A stretch of 64,000 nucleotides of DNA from Opitutia bacterium (GCA_947478395.1 CANJVR010000001.1:832001-896000); one strand, 5' to 3'. Shown: positions 1 to 9,607, counted from the first letter of the stretch. The notes: generated by a model from the letters alone, not told the origin. Program-made: numbers and translations.

Positions 1-603
1 AATGTAACGGGCGACCCACATTTGGTCGGCGGCGTTCTTGGAGCCTTTGCCGAAGATCTGGAATTCCCACTGGCCCTTGGCGACCTCGGCATTGATGCCC
101 TCGAGGTTGATGCCGGCATCGAGACAGATATCGATGTGCTTCTCGACAATCTCACGAGCAACCGCGCCGACATTCTTGTAGCCAACGCCGGTGTAGTAAG
201 GACCTTGGGGCGCCGGGAAACCGCCGCCCACTGGGAACCCGAGCGGAACGCCGTCCTGGTAAAAGAAATATTCCTGCTCGAAGCCAAACCACGTATCAGG
301 ATCATCCGGGATCGTGGCGCGGGAGTTTGACACGTGCGGGGTTTTCCCGTCCGGCATCATGACCTCGCACATCACCAGCACGCCATTCTTGCGCGTGCTG
401 TCAGGATATACCGCCACCGGCCTCAACACGCAGTCGGAGCTTCTGCCCTCGGCCTGCTGCGTCGAGCTGCCATCGAAGCCCCAGTTGGGGAGCTCTTCGA
501 GCTTTGGAAGGCTCTTAAACTCTTTGATCTGGGTCTTGCTGCGGAGACTGGCCAACGGCTTGTAGCCATCCAGCCAGATGTATTCTAATTTATATTTAGC
601 CAT
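1..603 (-). CDS. glnII: Glutamine synthetase type II (3' end runs off the window)
   Basis: Not in the ORF track. Manual translation from ATG 603: MAKYKLEYIWLDG...WGFDGSST...FGFEQEY...PQGPYYTGVG...EGINAEVAKGQWEFQ, all GSII hallmark motifs. Confidence 0.93.
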   Translation of the reverse strand, partial: MAKYKLEYIWLDGYKPLASLRSKTQIKEFKSLPKLEELPNWGFDGSSTQQAEGRSSDCVLRPVAVYPDSTRKNGVLVMCEVMMPDGKTPHVSNSRATIPDDPDTWFGFEQEYFFYQDGVPLGFPVGGGFPAPQGPYYTGVGYKNVGAVAREIVEKHIDICLDAGINLEGINAEVAKGQWEFQIFGKGSKNAADQMWVARYI

Positions 604-692
604 AGGAGTGCGGGTTTTGGAGGAGTCTCACATGAACCCGCCAACCACGATAGTTGGATGACGGAGCCCACGGGAAAACCCAGAACGTATTC

Positions 693-708
693 AGCACCTG
701 ACATGCCA
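693..708 (-). promoter_or_regulatory. Sigma-54 (-24/-12) promoter for glnII
   Basis: Minus strand reads TGGCATGTCAGGTGCT, GG-N10-GC with a near-consensus TGGCA, about 90 nt upstream of a nitrogen-assimilation gene. Confidence 0.7.
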
Positions 709-829
709 GCGGCAACTAGAAATTCGGCCTATGCGACAGGTTTTTTTCAAAAAAACCACCCAAGCCATCGTCACCCCTTGCTCCAGGACCCCAACCCCCC
801 ACAGTAGGGGTCTCCGACGTCGCCGCGCC

Positions 830-1249
830 ATGCATGAAGTCAAAGACACCCAGCGCGCCGTCGTTCGCATCGGCTACGATGGCCGGGTGCACAAGACCTT
901 CCGCGGACCCAAGGCCCAGGAACGCTTCGACAACGAGGTTCGCGTGCTTCGCCACTTGGAGCAACGGGCCTGCGACTTTGTGCCCCGGCTGATCGAAGTC
1001 GATCCGGCGGCACTGAAGATCATCACCACAAACTGCGGCTCCATCGTCCAGCAGCTCGATCCGCAAAGGATGCAGGAACTGTTTGCCGAACTCGCCCAGT
1101 ACGGCGTCCGCCACGACGACGCGTTCCTCCGCAACGTGACCTATCGCGCAACCGACGGTCGGTTTTGTCTCATCGATTTCGAGTTCGCCACCCTCCTTGA
1201 CGAAACCAAAATCGCCGACGCGAAGGCCAAGCCTCTTCCGAAAAATTGA
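830..1249 (+). CDS. Minimal protein-kinase-like protein (RIO/Kdo-kinase-like fold), ~139 aa
   Basis: Start MHEVKD at 830; Lys in VHKTF, helix-C Glu in FDNEVRVL, catalytic loop HDDAFLRN, metal-binding LIDFE. Confidence 0.7.
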   Translation: MHEVKDTQRAVVRIGYDGRVHKTFRGPKAQERFDNEVRVLRHLEQRACDFVPRLIEVDPAALKIITTNCGSIVQQLDPQRMQELFAELAQYGVRHDDAFLRNVTYRATDGRFCLIDFEFATLLDETKIADAKAKPLPKN

Positions 1250-2112
1250 TGCCCCCACCTCGTCGCCTCCCTTCGACCGACCATCCCCACCCCGATCTTC
1301 GCTGGTCCGGCCTCACGCATCGCGGTCACGTCCGGACCAACAACGAGGACAACTTTCTCGCGCTCGCGTTCGACAGCCGCGAAATCCGCTACCTCGGCAA
1401 AACCGGCGAGGCTTCGTCAGCGGAAAACGATTTCGTCTTTGCGGTCAGCGATGGCATGGGCGGCGCGAAATCGGGCGAGTTTGCCAGCCGCATCACTCTG
1501 GACCGCATCACCCGGTTGCTGCCGAAAAGCTTTCACCTCGGCGCGCAAGGCCTCGCCAGCGGGTTCGCCGATATCCTTCAAGAATTGTTCAGCGAAATTC
1601 ATGACGATCTCATGCACCTCGGCCGCAGCTACGAGGAATGCTCCGGCATGGGCACGACTCTAAGTCTCGCCTGGATCACCCCGGGATCGGTTTATTTTGG
1701 CCACATCGGCGACAGCCGGATCTATTTTCTGCCCCGACTCGGCGGTCTTATTCAACTGACGCATGATCATTCGCACGTCGGCTGGCTCCACCGTCAGGGT
1801 CAAATCAACGAGCGGGAGGCCCGCTCCCACCCTATGCGAAACGCGCTCCATCAGGCACTCGGCTCCGGCCACCAGCTGATCGATCCGCAGTTTGGCACCA
1901 TGGCGTGCTCCCCGGGCGATCGCTTTCTAATTTGCTCGGACGGCCTCGTGGACGGCCTCTGGGACCGGCAACTGGAGGAAATTATCCGCGAGCCGGGCGC
2001 CGGGCCGATCGCCCAGCGCCTCGTGCATGCGTCGCTAGAAAATTCGGGTAAAGACAACACCACCGCCGTCGTCGTCGAGATCCTCGGCGGAGCGGAGGCG
2101 AGCCCAGGTTAG
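1249..2112 (+). CDS. PP2C/PPM-family Ser/Thr protein phosphatase
   Basis: GHVRTNNED, VSDGMGG, GMGTT, HIGDSR, CSDGL and DNTT motifs; TGATG overlap with the upstream stop. Confidence 0.93.
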   Translation: MPPPRRLPSTDHPHPDLRWSGLTHRGHVRTNNEDNFLALAFDSREIRYLGKTGEASSAENDFVFAVSDGMGGAKSGEFASRITLDRITRLLPKSFHLGAQGLASGFADILQELFSEIHDDLMHLGRSYEECSGMGTTLSLAWITPGSVYFGHIGDSRIYFLPRLGGLIQLTHDHSHVGWLHRQGQINEREARSHPMRNALHQALGSGHQLIDPQFGTMACSPGDRFLICSDGLVDGLWDRQLEEIIREPGAGPIAQRLVHASLENSGKDNTTAVVVEILGGAEASPG

Positions 2113-2126
2113 ACCCCGATCGGCCC

Positions 2127-2498
2127 ATGCCATTGCTCTTTGTCTACGGCACGTTGAAACGCGACGGTCCTAATCACGCTCACCTCGCCCTTCAGAAACT
2201 GATCGGCGCGGCGCGCACGGCGCAGGGGTTTACGCTGTATTCCCTTGGGGATTATCCCGGAATGGTGCGAGCGCCGGACGATCACGACGGTGTCACCGGT
2301 GAAGTCTGGGCGGTCGATGAAGCCTGCTTGCAACGCCTCGATCACCTCGAAGGCGTCGCCGAAAATCTTTACCGACGCGGTCCGGTTCCGCTCCGGGATC
2401 CGTTCGAAGCGTCCACGGTTCAAACCTATTTCTATCTGAGGCCCATAGCGGCGCGACCGCACGTCGGCGCGACTTGGCGCGGGGACGCGAACACGTGA
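2127..2498 (+). CDS. Gamma-glutamylcyclotransferase (AIG2-like) family protein
   Basis: LFVYGTLK, YPG, VTGEVW, LDHLEG and YRR motifs. Confidence 0.9.
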   Translation: MPLLFVYGTLKRDGPNHAHLALQKLIGAARTAQGFTLYSLGDYPGMVRAPDDHDGVTGEVWAVDEACLQRLDHLEGVAENLYRRGPVPLRDPFEASTVQTYFYLRPIAARPHVGATWRGDANT

Positions 2499-2528
2499 CG
2501 GAAAGAGACCAGTGAGATTTGGTCGGCC

Positions 2529-2996
2529 TTAGGTCTTTTCCAGATCTCGGGCTGCCACCCGTCGCACCACGGTAAATTTCGCTCGAAAAAGATCTTCCAG
2601 CGTTTCACGCACCTCGGCCGGAATCCTACTCACCAGTGAATCGAGCGAAGGCAGGGGTGCCTTGGCCGCGTCGGTTTCCTCCGGCGGAGCGGCCGACCCG
2701 GATACGACCGGCGTGACAGGCCCGCTGGGCTCCACCGCTAAAATGGGCCAGGCCGCGGCGCTGAATTCTTCAGTGGGCCACGGGGCCTCGTCATCGCCTC
2801 CCACGGGTGGTGCAACGGCTCCGGCCGCCAGCGCGGGCGCCGAGGCGCGGGTAACGGATGGCGCGTTTACGGCCTCTGAAAAATTCGCCACGGCCACCGG
2901 GCGGCTGACCTCAGCTGCCGATGGCGTCGCGCCCTTGTTATCCGAGTTCCGTGCCAGCGCGGTCTCTAGCCGTTGCTCCAACCGATCAATCAGGCC
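2529..2996 (-). CDS. Open frame in the -1 phase of dnaX; probable C-terminal extension of tau (alternatively a stand-alone ORF from TTG 2981)
   Basis: Open from the A10 run to the stop at 2529; Ala/Pro-rich linker ending in an amphipathic segment [20 protein letters not shown]; only a weak TTG start of its own. Confidence 0.6.
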   Translation of the reverse strand, partial: GLIDRLEQRLETALARNSDNKGATPSAAEVSRPVAVANFSEAVNAPSVTRASAPALAAGAVAPPVGGDDEAPWPTEEFSAAAWPILAVEPSGPVTPVVSGSAAPPEETDAAKAPLPSLDSLVSRIPAEVRETLEDLFRAKFTVVRRVAARDLEKT

Positions 2997-4180
2997 TTTT
3001 TTTTTTCGCCTTCGTTGTCCGCGCCCACGACGGCCGGCGCGGTTTCGTCGGCGAGAGCGGCCAGTTCCTTGATCAAGCTGTCGATGGCCCGTGAACGGCT
3101 CGCATCGATGGCTTTCAGGAGCGTCACTTCGAAATTAATTTTTTCCGCCAACCCGAGTTTCACACTGCCTTCGCCCTCGCGTAGTCCATCAAGGAGGCGG
3201 GTCAGCTGCTCGGTCGTCATCGACCCGGCGGCCGCGCCACGGCCGGCCGCACGACCCAGCATTTCGCTCTTTCCGCCGTGAGCGATGGCGTCGAGCAGAG
3301 CGTGGCGTACGACGGCCTGCAGATCGGACAGGAGCCGCACGAGATCGCGCCCGGCGCGGTCGCACTCATCGACGATCGCGACGAGGCGCGCGTGATCCCC
3401 GGTCGCGAGCGTGGCCGCGAGTTCGGCCACCTTCTCCGCCGACACCAGGCCGTAGACATCGAGCACATCCGGCTCGGCGATCTCGGCCCCGCAGAAAGAA
3501 ATCATCTGGTCGAAGACCGACTGCGCATCGCGCATCCCGCCGTCGGCCATGCGCGCGATGCAGGCGAGCGCCTCGTCCGTCACTTTGATTTTCTCCTCAA
3601 CCGCGATTTTCTTCAGGCGCTCGACAATCAAATCCGCGGGGATGGGCTTCAGATCGAAGCGCTGACAGCGCGAGAGTATCGTCGGCAGAACTTTCTGCAC
3701 CTCGGTCGTGGCGAAGACGAACTTCACGTGCGGCGGCGGCTCCTCGAGCGTCTTCAGCAAAGCGTTAAACGCCTGCGGCGAGAGCATGTGCACCTCGTCG
3801 ATGATGTAGACCTTGAACTTGCCTTGCGCCGGCGAGTACCGCGCGGTTTCCCGCAGGTCGCGCACTTGGTCGACGCCGTTGTTTGAGGCGCCGTCGATTT
3901 CGATGACATCGAGATGCGAACCTTCCGCAATGGCCACGCACGCGGGATCGTTGACGTCAAAGTCTGCCTTCGGTCCGTCCGTGCAATTCAGCGCCTTCGC
4001 GAAGATGCGCGCGGTTGACGTTTTTCCGGTGCCGCGCGGGCCGACGAAAAGATAGGCGTGGGCAATCCGGCCGCGAGTGATCGCATTCTTCAGCGTGCGA
4101 ACAACGTGATCCTGCCCCACCACGTCGTCGAACGTCTGGGGCCGCCACTTGCGCGCGATGACTTGATAGGAAGAGGACAT
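2990..4180 (-). CDS. dnaX: DNA polymerase III subunit gamma/tau (zero-frame product 396 aa)
   Basis: [13 protein letters not shown], Walker [28 protein letters not shown] and SRC motifs. Confidence 0.98.
   Translation of the reverse strand: MSSSYQVIARKWRPQTFDDVVGQDHVVRTLKNAITRGRIAHAYLFVGPRGTGKTSTARIFAKALNCTDGPKADFDVNDPACVAIAEGSHLDVIEIDGASNNGVDQVRDLRETARYSPAQGKFKVYIIDEVHMLSPQAFNALLKTLEEPPPHVKFVFATTEVQKVLPTILSRCQRFDLKPIPADLIVERLKKIAVEEKIKVTDEALACIARMADGGMRDAQSVFDQMISFCGAEIAEPDVLDVYGLVSAEKVAELAATLATGDHARLVAIVDECDRAGRDLVRLLSDLQAVVRHALLDAIAHGGKSEMLGRAAGRGAAAGSMTTEQLTRLLDGLREGEGSVKLGLAEKINFEVTLLKAIDASRSRAIDSLIKELAALADETAPAVVGADNEGEKKKA
2996..3006 (-). other. Slippery site: A10 run including in-frame A_AAA_AAG
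   Basis: Minus strand GGC GAA AAA AAA AAG GCC TGA; ten consecutive A at 3006-2997. Confidence 0.75.
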
Positions 4181-4290
4181 CTCAGGATGGAGGGGCCGCC
4201 GGCCGGCTACGGGGAGAGCAACGGAACCATGGCATCGCTGGCAAGCAAGCTCCTACCGCCGCTCAGATCCGATTCGCTCGGCAAAAAAAG

Positions 4291-4387
4291 TGGCCAGGCA
4301 CTCCACGGCACTGGGAGGACGTCGTTACCGTTGCTGCCTTCCGGCCCTGGCGGGGTTCACGCGCCTGCCCATGCATGGCACCTGGCC
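4291..4387 (-). ncRNA. ffs: Small signal recognition particle RNA (4.5S)
   Basis: ~97-nt hairpin with paired ends (GGCCAGGTGC...GTGCCTGGCC), domain IV core GAACCCCGCCAGGGCCGGAAGGCAGCAACGGTA, then a U7 tract; sits upstream of dnaX as in many bacteria. Confidence 0.93.
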
Positions 4388-4470
4388 GGCGCGAACCATG
4401 CGACGGCACTTCCGTCGCGCAACATCTATTTCCCGATCACCTGCGGCCCGCATTTCAACGCGGGCAGCAA

Positions 4471-4905
4471 TCAAGGATTGGCCCGTTTCGGGCGGGGCGG
4501 CGGCGGCGGACCGCGATCCTCACGCAAAAGCTCGCCCTGCCGCTCCTGCAGTTTTTCCAGTTTCTTGCGCTGCACGGGGGTGAGCTCACTGGCAAAATCG
4601 CCCTGCACCCGGCGCAAAATCACACCGGTTTCGCGCAGCCCATTCTGTCGGACCCGCCGGATGTCTTCCTCGGCGCGTTCAACCATCGGGCGGAATTTTT
4701 CGCGTTGTTCAGGCGTGAGGTCGAGCCGGTCCGCTAAATGACGGAGGATGCCCGGCAAGGGATTTAACGGCCCAGCGCCTGGACCTTGCACCGGCCGTCG
4801 GACGGCCGCCCGCTGGTCGAAACGCAACGCCAACAGTCCGCCGAAGATGGACCCGAAGATAAAAACCCCGACGAACGCCGCGATGACTTTCCAAGGCTTT
4901 TCCAT
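4471..4905 (-). CDS. Membrane-anchored Spy/CpxP-like helical periplasmic protein
   Basis: N-terminal TM helix; LDLTPEQREK and ELTPVQRKK LTxxQ repeats; third gene of an ECF module. Confidence 0.7.
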   Translation of the reverse strand: MEKPWKVIAAFVGVFIFGSIFGGLLALRFDQRAAVRRPVQGPGAGPLNPLPGILRHLADRLDLTPEQREKFRPMVERAEEDIRRVRQNGLRETGVILRRVQGDFASELTPVQRKKLEKLQERQGELLREDRGPPPPPRPKRANP

Positions 4906-4908
4906 ACG

Positions 4909-5220
4909 TCAGGATTCGTCGAACAACACGGCCACCGGATCGTCGCCGCTCAGGGACGAATCATCATCGCCGACCCAATTCGTGAGAAAGGTATAATTGG
5001 CCGCCACGCTGACCAGTGCCAGCAAACTGGCGACGCCCAAGGCCCGCAGAGAGAAACGCTCAAAAAGCGAAGCGACCGGCCGCTCCGCGGCAAAAGCCAG
5101 AGCCACGACTCGCGTGGAAAAACCATAAGGAGCCGCGGTCTCGCGTCCATCGGAGGTGGCCGCACGGCGGGCCCCGGCGGCGAGGCGGGCCCAAGGGTGA
5201 TTTGGATCGGACGGTTTCAT
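4909..5220 (-). CDS. Putative anti-sigma factor (single TM)
   Basis: ATGA overlap with the ECF sigma gene; APYGFSTRV motif followed by one TM helix. Confidence 0.7.
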   Translation of the reverse strand: MKPSDPNHPWARLAAGARRAATSDGRETAAPYGFSTRVVALAFAAERPVASLFERFSLRALGVASLLALVSVAANYTFLTNWVGDDDSSLSGDDPVAVLFDES

Positions 5221-5807
5221 GAACGTTCGCTGTCTTTTAGTTGTTGAAAAAATTTCTGCAACTTCCGTCTGGCGCGAAAAGCCCGCACTTTGATGAGTGA
5301 CTCGTTCCAGCCCGTGAGCGCGCTGATTTCGGCAATCGTCTTTTGCTCAAGATCCAGCAGCTGGATCACCATGCGGTCAGCGGGCTTGAGCTGATCGAGC
5401 AGCTTGTGCACGAGCTCGCGGGACGCGAGGGCGTCGTTGGCGGGGACATCCTGGGCGTTGGTGATCACCGCGTCCAAGACGTTGGCCTCGCTCTCGGAGA
5501 GGTCGGCCCAACGGAATTCGGGGCGGCGTTTTTGCGCGCGCAAGTGATCGATACAGGTCGTCAACGCAATGCGCGAAACCCAGTGCGACAGCGGCACCGC
5601 CCCCTCGTACTGATCGAGCCGGGAAAACATTTTCATGAAGACTTCCTGGGTGAGATCTTGCTCGAGTACCCGGCGCGGGAGATGGGCGCGCACAATCCGA
5701 ATGACAAGAGGGTGGAGGTGATCGACCAATTCGCGCGCCGCGACTTGATCACGCCGACGCACGCGTTCCAGGCAGCCCGGCACATCGAACGGCTCGTCGT
5801 CAGGCAT
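5217..5807 (-). CDS. ECF RNA polymerase sigma factor
   Basis: Start MPDDEP; region 2 DLTQEVF...WVSRIA...DHLR; region 4 IAEISALTGW...KVRAFRAR. Confidence 0.93.
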   Translation of the reverse strand: MPDDEPFDVPGCLERVRRRDQVAARELVDHLHPLVIRIVRAHLPRRVLEQDLTQEVFMKMFSRLDQYEGAVPLSHWVSRIALTTCIDHLRAQKRRPEFRWADLSESEANVLDAVITNAQDVPANDALASRELVHKLLDQLKPADRMVIQLLDLEQKTIAEISALTGWNESLIKVRAFRARRKLQKFFQQLKDSERS

Positions 5808-5842
5808 AGAAAGATGGAAGCAGCAACAGACACAGCCGGGAA

Positions 5843-5868
5843 GACGAGGCCACCCTCGAACGGTTACA
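5843..5868 (-). promoter_or_regulatory. ECF-type promoter, probably autoregulatory
   Basis: Minus strand TGTAAC-N16-CGTC, about 35 nt upstream of the sigma ATG. Confidence 0.6.
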
Positions 5869-6176
5869 GACACGACCGGGATTGTCCCGGCCAAACTCCG
5901 CGCGCCTAAAAATTCGGACGCAGCGGCGCCGGAGGTGCGCCTTGACTTCGCTCTAAACGTGCCGGTAGCAACAACGCTGCGAGATGTTTATTTTCTGCCA
6001 GGCCCATCGACTTACTAACACGCACGATCGCTAAAGCCGCGTAGCGGTTGATCGTGCGTTGGCCTGTGCGTTTCCCGTCGCCGCTCGTCTGCGGCCAGAC
6101 GGTTCGTCGGCTCGCTTCGGGCCGACTCTTCCTCCAACCTCGTTCCCGTCGTCCATTTTTTGCCCGTCTCGTTCCC

Positions 6177-7847
6177 ATGCAATCCGCACCCGTTACGAAA
6201 TACCGTCCGTTCCCGCCCGTCGATTTGCCCAACCGCCAGTGGCCCAGCCGCACGCTCAATCGCGCCCCCATTTGGTGCAGCGTCGATCTCCGCGACGGCA
6301 ACCAAGCTCTCGCCCAACCGATGAGCGTCGAGGAGAAGCTCGAATATTTCGGGATGCTCGTGAAAATCGGCTTCAAGGAAATTGAGGTCGGCTTTCCCAG
6401 CGCCTCTCAGATCGAATTCGATTTCTGCCGGCGGCTGATCGAGGAAAATCGCATCCCCGACGACGTCGCGATCCAGATCCTCTGCCAGTGTCGCGAGGAA
6501 CTCATTGTGCGCAGCATCGCCGCGCTCAGCGGCGCGAAGAACGCAATTTTCCATCTCTACAACTCGACCTCGCCGGCACAGCGGAAGCATGTCTTCAACG
6601 CCTCACGCGCCGACATCGTGGCGATCGCGACGCGCGGCACCGCGTGGGTAAAACAGTATTCGCAGCCGCTCGTCGCGGCCGGCACCCGGATGCGTTTCGA
6701 ATATTCGCCAGAGAGTTTCTGCAGCACCGAACTCGATTTCGCCTTGGAGATTTGCGAGGCCGTCACCGCCGTCTGGCAGCCCACGGTCTCGGACAAAATC
6801 ATTCTCAATCTCCCCGCAACCGTTGAGTACGCGACGCCCAACGTCCACGCTGACCAGATCGAGTGGATGGCCACCCATCTCACCCGGCGCGACCGCACGA
6901 TCATCTCGCTCCACACCCACAACGACCGCGGCACCGGCATCGCCGCGACCGAGCTGGCCTTGCTCGCCGGCGCCGACCGCGTCGAAGGTACGCTCTTCGG
7001 CAACGGCGAACGTACGGGCAATCTCGATATCGTAACCGTGGCGCTGAATCTCTACACGCAAGGCATCCATCCGGCCCTCGATTTCAGCGACATCAACGGC
7101 ATCCGCGAAATCTACGAGCGGACCACGCGGCTGGAAGTTCCCGCCCGCCAGCCGTACGCCGGCGAGCTCACGTTCACGGCGTTCAGCGGTTCGCACCAGG
7201 ATGCCATCAAGAAATCCTGGGCGGTGCAGAAGCCGGACGAGCCGTGGGACGTGCTCTACATCCCCATTGATCCGGCCGACATCGGTCGCAGCTACAAGGC
7301 GATCATCCGCATCAATTCCCAATCGGGCAAAGGCGGCGTCGCGTACGTGCTCGAAAACGAGTTCGGCTTTCAGCTGCCGAAACTCATGCACAAGGAGATC
7401 GGCAAACTCATCAATGACCGCGCCGATGCCAAAGGCACCGAACTCACGTCGGTTGAGATCAATGATATCTTCCGTCGCGAATATCTCGAGCAGCCCGCGC
7501 CCCCGGTCACGTTGCAGCATTTCAAAACCACCGAGCGCGACCGCACGGTGAAGTGCGAAGCCAGCATCGCGTTCGCCGGCACCACGCACCCTCTCGCCGG
7601 CGCGGGTAACGGGCCGATCGACGCCTTCGTCCGCGCGCTCGGCACGACGGGTCTGCCAAAATTCGACGTGATGAGTTATAGCGAACACTCCCTCGGCCAA
7701 GGCGCTGAGGCGCGCGCGGTGAGTTATATCCAGATCAAGACTGACCGCGGACTCAGCCTCTTCGGGGCCGGAATCGACACCAACATCGAACTTGCGTCGA
7801 TCAAAGCGATCGTGAGCGCGATCAATCGCGCCCTCGCGAAACGCTAA
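6177..7847 (+). CDS. leuA: 2-isopropylmalate synthase (yeast/actinobacterial type)
   Basis: WCSVDLRDGNQAL, YSPESF, LHTHNDRG, GNGERTGN, SGSHQDAI, INSQSGKGG and regulatory-domain GNGPIDA. Confidence 0.97.
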   Translation: MQSAPVTKYRPFPPVDLPNRQWPSRTLNRAPIWCSVDLRDGNQALAQPMSVEEKLEYFGMLVKIGFKEIEVGFPSASQIEFDFCRRLIEENRIPDDVAIQILCQCREELIVRSIAALSGAKNAIFHLYNSTSPAQRKHVFNASRADIVAIATRGTAWVKQYSQPLVAAGTRMRFEYSPESFCSTELDFALEICEAVTAVWQPTVSDKIILNLPATVEYATPNVHADQIEWMATHLTRRDRTIISLHTHNDRGTGIAATELALLAGADRVEGTLFGNGERTGNLDIVTVALNLYTQGIHPALDFSDINGIREIYERTTRLEVPARQPYAGELTFTAFSGSHQDAIKKSWAVQKPDEPWDVLYIPIDPADIGRSYKAIIRINSQSGKGGVAYVLENEFGFQLPKLMHKEIGKLINDRADAKGTELTSVEINDIFRREYLEQPAPPVTLQHFKTTERDRTVKCEASIAFAGTTHPLAGAGNGPIDAFVRALGTTGLPKFDVMSYSEHSLGQGAEARAVSYIQIKTDRGLSLFGAGIDTNIELASIKAIVSAINRALAKR

Positions 7848-7905
7848 GGCTTGGATGCGGGTGGGAGGAGAGCAGCCCGCCCCCATTGACGAAAACGGGC
7901 CGCGG

Positions 7906-8334
7906 CTAGTTCGCCGCCGGCCGTGGGTCCGATGCGATCTCGAACTGGACGCCGCGCGTGGCGCTCAGTTCGAGCATCGCGGCCGAACGACCATTGGGGC
8001 CGCAATGCGGCTGCTTGTTGCGCACCGGTAGGCCCAAGCCCGGCAGCGTGACCATCGATTCCGCCACGTTGTCGACCTTGAAACAAAGATGCTGCAGGCC
8101 CTCGCCGTTTTTATCCAGCCAGGCGCTGAGCGGGTGCTCGGCGCTCAAGGGCTGGACGAGTTGCAGATGCACACCACCACCAGCATCGAGATGCGTCAGC
8201 CGCACGGGAGCGTCCGGCATCACCTGGCTGAAAAGCAGCGGCAGACCCAGCCGATCGCGATAAAACGTCAACGCTTCGTCGGTATCGCGGACGATGATGG
8301 CAATGTGATCAAGGCGTTGAAAAGGAGCGGACAT
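7906..8334 (-). CDS. VOC/glyoxalase family protein (methylmalonyl-CoA epimerase-like)
   Basis: LDHIAIIV, FYRDRLGL, GEGLQHLCFKV, GVQFE. Confidence 0.85.
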   Translation of the reverse strand: MSAPFQRLDHIAIIVRDTDEALTFYRDRLGLPLLFSQVMPDAPVRLTHLDAGGGVHLQLVQPLSAEHPLSAWLDKNGEGLQHLCFKVDNVAESMVTLPGLGLPVRNKQPHCGPNGRSAAMLELSATRGVQFEIASDPRPAAN

Positions 8335-8593
8335 GCGAGGGTGAACGGGGTTGCGCGTGCGACTCAAGGCCCGACGACCCCGGTGAACGAGTAAATTTTC
8401 GCCGGCGCTAACACCAGAAGGACGCGCGACCACGTCGGCTTCGAATATTGGTCACCGGCCCCGCGTTCATTTCTTGCGTCACTCCGCAACGCGCCACTAT
8501 TGAACAGGACGAAACCGAAATTCGATTTTAGTTTCCGGGCCTCACGCCCCGCTTCCCTCCACCCCGATACACGATCAGAGCACTGGCATTGTT

Positions 8594-9598
8594 ATGAACA
8601 ACACCAACCCCATGAACGACGCTACCCCCACGAACGAGACCAAAGCCGCGACCAGCGCGCCTTCCATCAACCGGCGCGATTTCCTCGCCGCGACGGCCGG
8701 CTTGGTCGCGCTGACTACTTCCGTCGCCAACGCGCAGCAACCCGCACCCGCGGCCGCAGCGGCGACCCCGGCTGCGCCCGCCGGCGGCGGCGGTCGAGGT
8801 GGTCCCGGCATTCCCGCCGGATCGCTCACCTTCAACACCGTCATCACGAAGCTGAAGGAAGGAAAACAGATTTTCAGCAACACGATCATCCAGCCGGACC
8901 TCGAGGCGGTGAAGAAAGCCTGCGTCGGTCAGGACTTCATCTGGATTGAGATGCAACACTCCCGACTCACCTGGCGCGAAACCGAGAACATCATCAAGGT
9001 GGTCGTGGATGCCGGTTGCATCCCGTTTGTCCGCGTGCCGGGCGCATTTGAAGGCGACATCCAGAAGGCCTGCGATGCCGGCGCGCTCGGCATCATCGTT
9101 CCCATGGTTGACGACGTCGAAGAAGCCCGGAACGCCGTCAAGTTTTCCAAATGGCCGATCGGTCATCGCGACAATCCCAACGTCAAGCCGTGGGGCCATC
9201 GTAGCTCGGGCGGCGGCCAGTTTACCGCCCTGTACGGCCCCGGGTACCAGACGAACGCCAACAACAATATCATGGTCATGATCCAAATCGAGAACCCGGA
9301 AGGTGTGGGCCTGATCGACACGATCCTTACCGAGGTTCCCGGCATCGATATCGTCATGGTCGCGAGCAACGATTTCGGCTGGCAGGCGGGCGACCGCGAT
9401 GGCGACGCGAGCTACAACGCGCGGGAAAAGCTGGTCCGCGAAGCCGTGCTCAAGCACGGCAAAATTCTGGCCGGCCCCTCGAGCTGGCAAAACCGCCCCG
9501 GCTACCGCCTCTTCCAAGGCACCCGTAGCGCCACCAACACGGGCTACGATGCTTCGGGCAACCGAATCGAGACGCCCCCAGCCCCCGCCGCCAAATAA
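8594..9598 (+). CDS. HpcH/HpaI class II aldolase family protein with twin-arginine signal
   Basis: NRRDFLA plus hydrophobic stretch plus ANA; WIEMQHS, VRVP, DAGALGIIVPMV, IQIE motifs. Confidence 0.85.
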   Translation: MNNTNPMNDATPTNETKAATSAPSINRRDFLAATAGLVALTTSVANAQQPAPAAAAATPAAPAGGGGRGGPGIPAGSLTFNTVITKLKEGKQIFSNTIIQPDLEAVKKACVGQDFIWIEMQHSRLTWRETENIIKVVVDAGCIPFVRVPGAFEGDIQKACDAGALGIIVPMVDDVEEARNAVKFSKWPIGHRDNPNVKPWGHRSSGGGQFTALYGPGYQTNANNNIMVMIQIENPEGVGLIDTILTEVPGIDIVMVASNDFGWQAGDRDGDASYNAREKLVREAVLKHGKILAGPSSWQNRPGYRLFQGTRSATNTGYDASGNRIETPPAPAAK

Positions 9599-9607
9599 TA
9601 ATTCCAC

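Noticed and set aside
22..588. Plus-strand ORFs 22-330, 314-565 and 334-588
   Set aside because: Antisense shadows of glnII on the minus strand.
5941..6176. Possible leucine attenuator upstream of leuA (tandem TTA CTA codons, hairpin near 6106-6126)
   Set aside because: The Leu codons are not in frame with the only nearby ATG (5984), that peptide has one Leu, and the hairpin lacks a U tract.
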